Shown: positions 29,487 to 43,498 of the stretch, piece by piece
How the letters are laid out: each line of letters begins with the position of its first letter
Position numbering within the stretch: position 1 is the stretch's first letter
DNA from: Candidatus Eiseniibacteriota bacterium
GTDB lineage: Bacteria > Eisenbacteria > RBG-16-71-46 > CAVPCR01
NCBI GenBank assembly: GCA_963823555.1
Contig: CAWGMA010000004.1
Location: 192,001-256,000, forward strand
Direction: 5' to 3'
Length of the DNA stretch: 64,000 bases
The notes under the pieces: generated by a model
The model's input: only the letters and a program-made list of their open reading frames with translations
Told to the model about the DNA's origin: nothing
Databases searched by the model: none
Program-made: the position numbers and the translations under genes

Positions 29487-31909
29487 GGCAGGACGATCAG
29501 CTTCCGCGTCTCGTTCACGCCGGCGGCCTCGAGATGGAGGAAGTAGATCCCCGCTGCGAGCCGCTCTCCCTGTGTGTAGACGGCATTCCACTGGACGCGG
29601 TGTTGCCCGGCTTCCTCGATTCCGTCGACCAGCACACGCACGATCCGCCCATGCACGTCGGCGATGCGGAGCGTGACGTGGCTCTGCTGGGCGAGATCGT
29701 AGCGGAGTGCGGAGGTCGGCGCGACCGGATTGGGCATGGCGCCGAGGAGGCGGGTCACGATGGGCGCTGCCGCCGGATCGCCGATGCCGGTGGTCACGGA
29801 GACCATGACCGGGGCCTCATCCGGCTCGGAGCTGGCCTGGCCGTCGTGGACCACGAGGCGGGCCGTGTAGGAGCCCGGGTCGGCGTAGGCGTGGGTGGGC
29901 GTGGGGCCGGTGCCGGTTATCCCATCCCCGAAGTCCCATGCATAGGTCAGCTCGAGACCTTCCGGATCGAAGGATCCCGTCCCGTCGAACTGGATCGGCA
30001 GATCCTCCTCTCCCTCGTAGGGGCCTCCGGCATCGGCGATCGGCGGCGCATTGGCCGGATCGGCGGCGAAGGTCACGACGAGCATCGGCCTGAGATTCTG
30101 GTTGACCACGGCCTCCGAGGAGTAGAACCCGTGGCGGCTGTTACCGAACTCATCCACGGCCTGGAGCAGGACTCCGTCATTGCTCCAGCTTCCATTCGCC
30201 CAGTGCATCACCGCATTCGTGAGGTTCCACTCGTACCAGGTATCGTTGGCGCTGACGATCGCCGTGCTCTCGGGAGACTCGAAGCGGTCCCAGTTGGGAT
30301 CGTTGTTCTGGGCGCTGTTGCTGGCGGCGGCGGCCCCCGGCGCCGACCACGGGAGAATGCTGAGCTGTGCCGCTTCCCAGCACGAGGCGCCGGTCTGCTG
30401 GCTCGGAGTGGCGCGTGTGCCCTCGACCCAGGGCTTGGTCACGCGATAGGCCGCGATCTCGACCGGAGTCGAGGAATCGCGATTGAAGCCGTACAGGCGC
30501 AGGCGGGCGTCGAGGATGTCCACTCCCGCTGGAATCTGCGAGAGATCGAAGCGAATGAGGCTGCGCGAGGTGTCGGTGACCAGATCGCCGGGATCCGCGG
30601 CCCAGGCGGTCATGATCTCGCTTCCGGGCGCCGGTCCTTCGGGGCCGAACAGCACGGTGCCGTGCTTGCCAACCGAGATGGCCGTGCTCGCGCCCACGTT
30701 CTCGTTCGGCCGGGCATCGATCATGTGGTTGTCCTCGGTGCCGTTGTAGCCGTTCAGGCCATTGCGCAGCGTGAGGATGACGGTCGGCGAGCCGATCGTC
30801 ATGGCGTTCCGGATGTTCGAGATCGGGGAGCGGTTGCCGGCCTGATCGACGACCTTGACCGCGAAGTAGTAGTTCGTCCCTGGGAGCAGATTGTGCACGT
30901 GGAGCGTGTCCGCTTCCCAGGCGGCCCTCGGCGCCGGCTCGTCGAGGGCCTGCGGTGCGAAGGCGAAATCGATGTCGTTGATCGGACTCGTCGCCACGCG
31001 CAGGTCGTAGCGGAAAGCCCGGCCGACGAGGCCGTCATCGCCGACAGCGGTGAAGCTCAGGTCCACGCTCGTGGTGTCGACGGCGATCACGGCCAGGTCG
31101 ACGATCGGGCTCGGAGGGATCGTGTCGCTGACGGCCGCGGCGATCGCCTGGTGGTAGATATCGGCCATCTGGATATAGCCGGTGTCGTTCGGGTGCAACG
31201 CATCGCTCATCCAGTCACCCGGTCCGAAGGTGAAGAGGTTGGGATTGGCGATGAAACGATGATAGTGGTCTGCGAGCGCGAGCCTGAGCGGCGACCCGGT
31301 GACCAGTCCCTCGCCGAAGTCCTCGCTCATGGCAATGATGCCATTCACCCAGTCCCGCACATCCTGCGCCCGTCCCTGCATCGGAATGTTCAGGGACAAC
31401 ACGAAGGTCTGTAGGTCCGAGCTCTGCGTGCCATCCCGCCACTGCAGAAGAAAGCGCAGGTAGTCGGCGAGCTCGCCGAGGTGGGTGTGCGTCAGCGTCT
31501 GCCCGTGGTCGAACGAATAGGGAACGAAGGGTGGGAGCTGGCTGTTCAGGTCATTGGTTCCGAGATGAATGGCGACGATGCTCGGCGTGTCAGGAGGGCC
31601 GAGGTCCGGCGTGGTGTCGAAGGTGCCGTTGCCCCAGCCATAGCCGAAGCTCTGAGGATAGAAGTCCTCGATCTCCCGGCCGCCGAGGAAATGGCCCTGC
31701 AGCGGCGGCGCACCCATCGAACCCACGAACAGGAAGTCGTTATCGGGGTCGGCGTTGAGGAGCGTGTAGAGATCGTCCCGGAACCCGGGCGGGGCGCCTT
31801 GACCTTCCGTGATCGAGTCGCCGACCAGCATGAGGCGAAAAGTCTCTGCGCCTGCGAGTTGCGGCATGGCGAGCAGGACGAGGATCCACAGCCACGAATG
31901 CGATTTCAT
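29483..31909 (-). CDS. Secreted SGNH esterase with Fn3-like, DNRLRE, PKD and FlgD-Ig domains
   Basis: GDSITEG, HLGTND, DALHPN; WDFGDG PKD motif; PNP...AAGIYF tail; signal peptide. Confidence 0.85.
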   Translation of the reverse strand: MKSHSWLWILVLLAMPQLAGAETFRLMLVGDSITEGQGAPPGFRDDLYTLLNADPDNDFLFVGSMGAPPLQGHFLGGREIEDFYPQSFGYGWGNGTFDTTPDLGPPDTPSIVAIHLGTNDLNSQLPPFVPYSFDHGQTLTHTHLGELADYLRFLLQWRDGTQSSDLQTFVLSLNIPMQGRAQDVRDWVNGIIAMSEDFGEGLVTGSPLRLALADHYHRFIANPNLFTFGPGDWMSDALHPNDTGYIQMADIYHQAIAAAVSDTIPPSPIVDLAVIAVDTTSVDLSFTAVGDDGLVGRAFRYDLRVATSPINDIDFAFAPQALDEPAPRAAWEADTLHVHNLLPGTNYYFAVKVVDQAGNRSPISNIRNAMTIGSPTVILTLRNGLNGYNGTEDNHMIDARPNENVGASTAISVGKHGTVLFGPEGPAPGSEIMTAWAADPGDLVTDTSRSLIRFDLSQIPAGVDILDARLRLYGFNRDSSTPVEIAAYRVTKPWVEGTRATPSQQTGASCWEAAQLSILPWSAPGAAAASNSAQNNDPNWDRFESPESTAIVSANDTWYEWNLTNAVMHWANGSWSNDGVLLQAVDEFGNSRHGFYSSEAVVNQNLRPMLVVTFAADPANAPPIADAGGPYEGEEDLPIQFDGTGSFDPEGLELTYAWDFGDGITGTGPTPTHAYADPGSYTARLVVHDGQASSEPDEAPVMVSVTTGIGDPAAAPIVTRLLGAMPNPVAPTSALRYDLAQQSHVTLRIADVHGRIVRVLVDGIEEAGQHRVQWNAVYTQGERLAAGIYFLHLEAAGVNETRKLIVLP

Positions 31910-32068
31910 CAAAGGGTTTTGACTCTGCGGGTTGGGGTTGCGGTTCCCGAAGACCGGGGCATGGGGGATCTGGTGTCTGTAGGATCCGAGATGATCAGGC
32001 AGATGGGCCTACCGACCACACATATATTAAACCATATGGCACGCGGCCAGATCAACGGGTCTGGCTCG

Positions 32069-34903
<2,835 letters not shown>

Positions 34904-35061
34904 GCGTTGGACCTGGTACTGCCGCTCGTCGGGGCTGATTAGGGGCTATGCGTTTGGGATCGCGGCGGCCGGGGCAGGGGTTCCGCCGCCTCCAGGACGG
35001 TCGAGCAGGCGGAGTTTCGCACCCCGCTCGCTCTCCGGCAAGTGCGAAGTAGGATAGTCAT

Positions 35062-35832
35062 TTAGCTGGTTTGAGAGGGAGGTGAGGACGGCGCGTGCGG
35101 TGTTCGCGGGAGCGATTCTCCGCGGGCGGTTGCCAGGGCGTAGGCGGCGATCCCGAAGGCCACGGCGACATTGAGCGAGCCCTTGAGGCCGCGCATGGGA
35201 AGGGCCAGCACCTGATCGGCGGCGGTGAGGAGGGCGGGCGAGATGCCGGCCACCTCGTGGCCCACCACAAGACAGATCCGCCCCTTGCTCGCGGCGCTCG
35301 CGAGCGGTACGGCGTGCGGGTGGTTCTCCAGGGCCAGCACCCGATAGCCCAGGGCCCGCACCCGGGCCACGGCCTCTTCCGGGTCGGCGATATGTTCCCA
35401 GGAGACGGCTTCCTCGGCGCCCAGCGCAGTCTTCGTGATCTCTGGGCGCGGCGGACGTCCGGTGATTCCGGCGAGGATCAGCCGGCCGATTCCAGCGCCG
35501 TCGGCGGTGCGGAAGATCGAGCCCACGTTCCACAGGCTGCGCACGTTCTCGAGGAGACCGATGAAGTCGAGGTCATGGCGGGCCCGGGCCGATGCAATTT
35601 CATCCGGTGAGGCGCCGGTCATTGCGCCCGCGACCCGGGCGTGTCCTGCCGTGGCCTCCGCGATCCGGCGCCGCAGGCGTTCCGCCTCGTGCCGCCGGGC
35701 GGTGGCTGAGTCCATGGCGACCAGGGCGCGGCCGCAGCCCGGGCAGAAGATGCGCCGTCCATGGCGCGAGGCGGGCACGACGAACAATCGCCCGCAATCG
35801 GGGAAGGGGCAGGTCTGGGCGAGGTCTTCCAT
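35062..35832 (-). CDS. TrmH/SpoU RNA methyltransferase with N-terminal Cys ribbon
   Basis: NVGSIFRTAD, KTALGAE, GHE..G, LPMRGLKGSLNVAVA; CPFPDC...CPGC. Confidence 0.9.
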   Translation of the reverse strand: MEDLAQTCPFPDCGRLFVVPASRHGRRIFCPGCGRALVAMDSATARRHEAERLRRRIAEATAGHARVAGAMTGASPDEIASARARHDLDFIGLLENVRSLWNVGSIFRTADGAGIGRLILAGITGRPPRPEITKTALGAEEAVSWEHIADPEEAVARVRALGYRVLALENHPHAVPLASAASKGRICLVVGHEVAGISPALLTAADQVLALPMRGLKGSLNVAVAFGIAAYALATARGESLPRTPHAPSSPPSQTS

Positions 35833-35860
35833 CTTCGGCGCAGGAGCGTGACCTGCTGTC

Positions 35861-37477
<1,617 letters not shown>

Positions 37478-37653
37478 GCTTCCCTCCCGGTTAGCGCACC
37501 CTGCGCTCGGTGTGTATTGTGCCACAGGTTCCGGCTGATCGTGGTGGCCGGGAATAGTCCCTTGGATGCCCGCCCATCGTGGCCCTATACTGCCGCGATG
37601 CCGATGTTGCGACCGGATGCGAAGGCGGCGAGGAGACCTGGAAGAGGGAGGCG

Positions 37654-39090
37654 GTGATCGTTCGGAGCAGGCGAGCGCCAAGGCAGTGGATTCCAGCGAG
37701 AAGCGCCGGGCCGGGCGCTGCAAATCGTGGCCGGGTGTCGCTCACCGGGCTCCTACTCCTTGCCGCTGTTCTGTCACCGCTTGCGGTCCGGGCTCAGGAC
37801 GGGCACTACTGGTCGAACCAGTACGGGACGCGCGCCGAGCTCCTTGGCGGCGCGGTCGTCGGCAGCATCATCGATCTCAGCTCGAGCTACTACAATCCGG
37901 GTGCCCTGGCCATCATGCCGGATCCGTCGGTGCTCCTGAGCGGCCAGGCCCTCGCACAGGAGAAGATCACCGTCCGCGATTCCACCGGGGCCGATACCGG
38001 TCTCGACCAGCACACGTTCGGGTCGGCACCTCGGCTCTTTGCGACGCTCGTTCCCCTGAGTGATCAGATCTTCGCCTTCTCCGTGCTGACCCGCCAGGAC
38101 TTCTCGCTCAACACTCATTCGTTCTCTTCCATCCAGTTGCAGCTGCCCAGCGGTCCCGAGCCGGGCACAAGCGAGTACTACATCGATCAGGACCTCAGCG
38201 AGACCTGGATCGGCATCACCTGGGCGCGACGACTGCGTGAGGAGATGGGATTCGGCATCACCCCTTACATGGCGGTTCGCAGCAATCGAGTGCGCCATCA
38301 GCGGCTGGCCGGCGCCATGGACGAGGGGGGGGAGGCCGCAGCCCTGGCCGTGGTCGATTACTACCAGTACACTCACTATCGCCTGCTATTCAAGGCCGGC
38401 CTGACCTGGAAGAGCCCGACCTGGACGGCGGGACTCACGATCACGACTCCCAGCCTCGGCCTGGGCTTCTTGAGCGGTGGCGAGGCGGAATATACCCGGA
38501 CGGTGGTGGGGGTGGATCTGGACGCGGACGGCAGTGCCGACAATGTCGTGGCCGAGGGCCAGTCCGGTGATGTCGATTCCGACTATCGTTCCCCGCTCTC
38601 GATCGCTGTCGGGTTCTCCATTCCGATCGATGCGAACACGATTCATGTGAGCGCGGAGTGGTTCAACGGGGTGGATCGGTATTCCGTGCTGGAGGGGGCC
38701 AGAATCGGCGGCGACCACGGTCTCACGCTCGAGCAGCGCCTGCAGCAGGAGCTCCGCAGCATCGTCAACATCGGTGTGGGGTTCGAGCGTGTCCTGCGCC
38801 AGGATCTCAACGTGTTCGGGGCATTCACCAGCGATCTCTCGGCACTGCCCGACGACTTGCCGGCCGGCCAGCTGTCCGGGTGGAACCTCTATCACGTGAC
38901 CGGGGGGGCGGCCTTCAATTTCCGGGGACTGGATCTTACGGGCGGGCTGGTCTACAGCTTCGGTGGGAAGGATGCCTACCCGCTGGTCGACAGTCCAACC
39001 TGGCAGCCCGCTCGCAGCTTCCAGAGAACCGAGTTCGAGGTGGCCTACTGGCGGCTCAAGTACGTCATCGGGTTTGCGTTCAACATCTGA
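37654..39090 (+). CDS. Outer-membrane beta-barrel, FadL/OmpP1-like (start uncertain)
   Basis: G.R...LGGA, YYNPGAL, amphipathic strands, aromatic C-terminus. Confidence 0.7.
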   Translation: MIVRSRRAPRQWIPARSAGPGAANRGRVSLTGLLLLAAVLSPLAVRAQDGHYWSNQYGTRAELLGGAVVGSIIDLSSSYYNPGALAIMPDPSVLLSGQALAQEKITVRDSTGADTGLDQHTFGSAPRLFATLVPLSDQIFAFSVLTRQDFSLNTHSFSSIQLQLPSGPEPGTSEYYIDQDLSETWIGITWARRLREEMGFGITPYMAVRSNRVRHQRLAGAMDEGGEAAALAVVDYYQYTHYRLLFKAGLTWKSPTWTAGLTITTPSLGLGFLSGGEAEYTRTVVGVDLDADGSADNVVAEGQSGDVDSDYRSPLSIAVGFSIPIDANTIHVSAEWFNGVDRYSVLEGARIGGDHGLTLEQRLQQELRSIVNIGVGFERVLRQDLNVFGAFTSDLSALPDDLPAGQLSGWNLYHVTGGAAFNFRGLDLTGGLVYSFGGKDAYPLVDSPTWQPARSFQRTEFEVAYWRLKYVIGFAFNI

Positions 39091-39106
39091 AAGAAGGGCG
39101 GGACCG

Positions 39107-40516
39107 ATGAGGAAGATCGGATTGGTCGGCATGGTGGTTGCTCTCTTGCTCCTGCTTTCACCAGCAGGGGCCGGGGCCAACGAAGCGAGCGACTCGCCGG
39201 CCAGTCCTGCCGCCGTGGACTCGCTCGGCGCGGAGAAGTCCGGCGGGCGGCGCTTGCTCGTGATCTCACCGCCCCCCGAGCCAGATCCACGGGCGGTGGC
39301 GGCAGAAGGCAAGGTCGTGCGGAGCATTGCCATCACGGGCAACAACATCACCAAGGAGTACGTGATCATCCGCGAGCTGGAGCTCGAAGTCGGGGAGCCT
39401 TTCAGCGTCAAGACCATGAAAGAGGACATCACGCGTCTCGACAACCTCGGCATCTTCAGCTCGGTGACGATTCTTCCGAAAGACGCGGCGGATGGCGGCG
39501 TCGACCTGGAACTGGCCGTGCGCGAGATGCCGTGGATCATTCCCTATGTGGCGCTCAAGATCTCCGACCAGACGGGGGTCAGCATCGGTCCAGCGGCATC
39601 TTCCATGAACCTCGTCGGGCGCGACATCAGTCTCTCCGGCCGCGTGCTCTTCGGCGGCGCGACGACCTACCAGGTCATCATGGACTGGCCGTGGATCACC
39701 TGGAATCACCTGTCGCTCAATCTGGTTGCCGCTCACATCATCCGCGACGATGATGTGCGTGGCTTCCAGGAGACGAGCGATGAGATCTCGCCGTGGATCG
39801 GGACCTACCTCGGCCGTCACGGGCGCCTGCGTCTGGGCTATTCCTACTTCGGCATGAAATCGGATACGGACGGGATCACCCTGTCCTCGGACAATCGCGA
39901 TGCGTTCCACCGGCTGGGCGCCGGAATCGGCTTCGATACGCGTGACTCCTGGATCAACCCACACCGAGGATGGTTGACCGATCTTCAGCTGATGCGCACC
40001 GCTGGCGACAGCCGGTTCTGGACCACCGATCTCGACATCGTCCGCTATCAGCCGCTAGGGAAGAACACTCTCGTGCTGTCCGGGCTCGCCACCGGTCAGA
40101 GCGGCGACTTCGGCACCGATGTCCCCGTGTACCTCGATTACCTCATGGGCGGATCGAACTCCATTCGCGGCTACGAGATCGACGTGCTGGGAAGGGAGCT
40201 GTCGGGGAAGAACCAGCTCGTCACGACCTTCGAGTACCAGTATCTGCTCTGGGATGTGCGCGAGGTGCTCCTCTACGGCTTCGCGGTCACTCTGGGCGTC
40301 GAGCTGGCGGCCTTCGTGGATACCGGGATCGCCTGGAATGTCGCGGAGGAGTTCAACACCGACCGCTCACGAACCGGGTTCGGTTTCGGTATCCGCACGC
40401 TGGTGCCCGCGATCGGCGAGATTCGCTTCGATCTCGGTTTCAGCACGGATGGGGATGCGGTCTTCCATCTGGCGACCTGGCCGAAGATGGATGCCCAGCG
40501 CCAGCGGCTGCGCTAG
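39107..40516 (+). CDS. Omp85/BamA-TamA family protein with one POTRA domain
   Basis: I.ITGN..TKEYVIIREL, LDNLGIF, NL.GR, DTRD, IRGY, AFVDTG, G.GIR. Confidence 0.85.
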   Translation: MRKIGLVGMVVALLLLLSPAGAGANEASDSPASPAAVDSLGAEKSGGRRLLVISPPPEPDPRAVAAEGKVVRSIAITGNNITKEYVIIRELELEVGEPFSVKTMKEDITRLDNLGIFSSVTILPKDAADGGVDLELAVREMPWIIPYVALKISDQTGVSIGPAASSMNLVGRDISLSGRVLFGGATTYQVIMDWPWITWNHLSLNLVAAHIIRDDDVRGFQETSDEISPWIGTYLGRHGRLRLGYSYFGMKSDTDGITLSSDNRDAFHRLGAGIGFDTRDSWINPHRGWLTDLQLMRTAGDSRFWTTDLDIVRYQPLGKNTLVLSGLATGQSGDFGTDVPVYLDYLMGGSNSIRGYEIDVLGRELSGKNQLVTTFEYQYLLWDVREVLLYGFAVTLGVELAAFVDTGIAWNVAEEFNTDRSRTGFGFGIRTLVPAIGEIRFDLGFSTDGDAVFHLATWPKMDAQRQRLR

Positions 40517-40634
40517 CGCCGCCGCGGAGCCGGTGCTGGACCCAGCCGCCGGGAGGCGATAGGGTTGTTTCCAGGTACCGGTGTTCCGCCGGTGCCGTCC
40601 CGAGTCCCGTCCCGGATCTCGAGGAGCGGGCGGC

Positions 40635-41912
40635 ATGGCTCTCGGTTCGATCACGCGCCGTGATTTCCTCACGAAAGCCGCCGGCTGCGGCCTGCTACTG
40701 GGTGGAGCGGGGTTCCTCTTGCCACCCATCCCTCGTTTCCTCGAGGAGTGGCTCCCGGCCCCCGCCGGCGCCGCCGAGCGGGTCTCGCTCGAGGAGATCC
40801 TCGGCACCGCCCCCGTCGCCCGCTACTGGACCTCGACCGCGGATCCCGGGGCCGCCTGCGTCTCCTGCCACACCGCGACCGACCTCAGAGCTCGCGGCTT
40901 CGTGAGTCCCGTCGTCGGGGTCCGGCATGACCACGCAGCCGCGCACGCCCGCTGCCAGCTCTGTGCTCGGGGCTGCGTTCTCTCCGAGGGCGAGCGCGGG
41001 GAGTGCAACGCGCGCATGGTGCACGATGGCGAGCTCAAGAGTCTCGTCTACGGGCGGCCAGTCGCGGTGCATGTCGATCCCATCGAGAAGAAGCCCTTCT
41101 TCCACTTCATGCCGGGGTCGGTTGCCTTCTCGCTGTCGACCACGGGGTGCCCGCTGCACTGCGAGTTCTGCCAGAACTGGGAGCTCTCACAGGCGCTCCC
41201 CGAGGACTACGGCGGGCGGTTCGTGCCTCCCGATCGGATCGCTGCCGCCGCGGTCGAACGCGCCACTCCGATCATTGCCTTCACGTACAACGAGCCCACC
41301 GTCTTCACGGAGTACCTGACCGACATCGCCCGCGCCGCGCGCCCGCTCGGGCTCAGGAGTGCGGTCGTGAGCTGCGGTTTCATGACCGAAGCGCCGCTTG
41401 CGGAGATGTGCGAGGTGCTGGATGCGATCAAGATCGACTTGAAGGGATTCAGCCCCGAGTTCTACCGCAAGGTGAGCCATGCCGAGATCGGGCCGGTGCT
41501 CCGGAGCTTGAAGCAGGTGGCGAAGAGCGGTCGGCATCTGGAGATCGTCAATCTGGTCGTGCCCACGCTCAACGACTCGGAGGAGATGCTGCGCGGGCTC
41601 GCCGAGTGGGTCGCCGGTGAATGCGGGCCGGACGTGCCCGTCCACTTCACACGGTTCCATCCCGATTACAAGCTTCTGAACCTGCCGCCGACCCCGGTGG
41701 CCACGCTCGAGCGGGCGCGTGCGATCGCGATGGAGCGGGGTATCCGATATGCCTATGTGGGAAATGTGCCTGGGCACCCGGGCAATCACACCTACTGCCC
41801 GGGCTGCGGCAAGACCGTCATCGAGCGCCGAGGTTTCCTCGTCGGTGAGATGCACCTTGAGAACGGTCAGTGCGCCTTCTGCAAGACGGCGATCGCCGGG
41901 ATCTGGTCGTAG
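40635..41912 (+). CDS. amrS: AmmeMemoRadiSam radical SAM enzyme
   Basis: DPIEKKPFFHF, GCPLHCEFCQNWELSQ, FTYNEP, IDLKGF, YVGNVPG, TYCPGC. Confidence 0.93.
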   Translation: MALGSITRRDFLTKAAGCGLLLGGAGFLLPPIPRFLEEWLPAPAGAAERVSLEEILGTAPVARYWTSTADPGAACVSCHTATDLRARGFVSPVVGVRHDHAAAHARCQLCARGCVLSEGERGECNARMVHDGELKSLVYGRPVAVHVDPIEKKPFFHFMPGSVAFSLSTTGCPLHCEFCQNWELSQALPEDYGGRFVPPDRIAAAAVERATPIIAFTYNEPTVFTEYLTDIARAARPLGLRSAVVSCGFMTEAPLAEMCEVLDAIKIDLKGFSPEFYRKVSHAEIGPVLRSLKQVAKSGRHLEIVNLVVPTLNDSEEMLRGLAEWVAGECGPDVPVHFTRFHPDYKLLNLPPTPVATLERARAIAMERGIRYAYVGNVPGHPGNHTYCPGCGKTVIERRGFLVGEMHLENGQCAFCKTAIAGIWS

Positions 41913-43482
41913 CGGGTTAGGGCGCGACGCCTGCTCCAGCGCGGTGGTCCTGGGGTTTGCGTTCATCCTGGCCGGGCAGGCGGTCGCCGGCTCGCCGGCC
42001 GAACGCCCGGCGGCCGTGGCCGGCAAGTTCTATCCGGGGGACCGTGTCGTGCTCACGGCCGCAGTCGACGCCGCGATGGCCGCAGCGAGCGCGCCACCCG
42101 GCGAGCGCCCGGTGGCGCTCGTGGCGCCCCATGCCGGATACGTGTATTGCGGGGGCGTGCTGGCCGAGGCCTGGCGGCAGGCCCAGCCGCACCGCTATGA
42201 CCTGATCGTCCTTCTCGGCACCAATCACACGATTGCAGGGCTCGAGCAGGCTGCCGTGTGGACGGGTGGGGCCTGGCGGACGCCCCTCGGGGCGGCGGCC
42301 GTCGATGCCGGGGCCGCCGCAGCGCTCGTCGTGGCGGCCGGTTCCGATGCCACGACCGATCCTGCGCCGCATCGGCGCGAGCACTCGATCGAGATCCAGG
42401 TGCCCTTCGCCCAGCGACTCTTCCCCGGGGTCAAGATTCTCCCCGTCATCGTCGGTAGCGAGGACCCCGCCCGCTGCGAGCGCCTCGGCAAGACCCTGGC
42501 CGCGGTCGTCCGCGATCGTCGCGCTCTGATCGTGGCCTCGAGCGATCTCTCCCACTACCCGAGCCGGGCCGATGCCGAGGTCGTGGATCGCGCCGTTCTT
42601 GCCGCCGTCACGAGCCTCGACCCGGTCGCCGTCCAGAAGACGATCGACCGGGAGATGAGACGCGGCGTGCCCGGGCTTGGCACATGTGCCTGCGGCAAGG
42701 CGCCGATTCTTGTGGCAATGGTCGCGGCGCGCGAGCTCGGTGCCTCTCACGGCACGTTGATCCGCTATGCCAACTCGGGCGACGTTCCTCAGGGTGACCG
42801 GGACCGCGTTGTCGGGTACGGCGCCGTGGCGTTCACGGCTGGCGGAGCCTCGTGGAAGAGCGCGCCCCCGGCCGCCGGATCCGCGCCGAGCGCAGCGCTC
42901 CCGCCAGCCGACCGGCGCCATTTGCTCGCCGTGGCACGCGCAGCCATCGCGGCGGAACTCGGTGCGCCGCCGCTCGCTCTTGAGCCCTGCTATCCGGAAG
43001 TCGTGATCGAGCGTGGCGCGTTCGTCACGCTCGAGAAATCGGGTGAGCTTCGGGGGTGCATCGGACATCTGGCGGCAGACCGGCCGCTCTGCTCGGTCGT
43101 CGCGGAGATGGCGCTGCGGGCGGCATTCGCGGATCATCGCTTTCCACCCCTCGGTCCAGAGGAGCTGGATGCCATCGCGATCGAGATCTCGGTGCTCACG
43201 CCGGCAGAGCCGGTGAGCGGCCCGGAGGCGATCGTCGTCGGGCGCGATGGTGTCATCCTGAAGAAGGAAGGTCGCTCGGCCGTCTTCCTGCCGCAGGTCG
43301 CGATCGAGCAGGGTTGGGATCGCGACACCATGCTGTCGCATCTCGCCCGGAAGGCCGGACTGCCGGCCGACGCCTGGCGCGAGGGAGCGACGCTTCTCAC
43401 TTTTCAGGCCGAGGTCTTCGCCGAAGACGAAATGTCTCCGGCGACGCCCGCCGCCGGTGAGAAGCCCGGGCCGCGCTCATGA
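41913..43482 (+). CDS. amrB: AmmeMemoRadiSam protein B (MEMO) fused to protein A (AMMECR1); start uncertain
   Basis: RPAAVAGKFYP, PHAGY, EHSIE, SSDLSHY, CG, NSGD, VVGY; then GAFVTL, LRGCIG, DHRF, FLPQVA. Confidence 0.9.
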
Positions 43483-43498
43483 TGGGCGAGTCGGGTCG

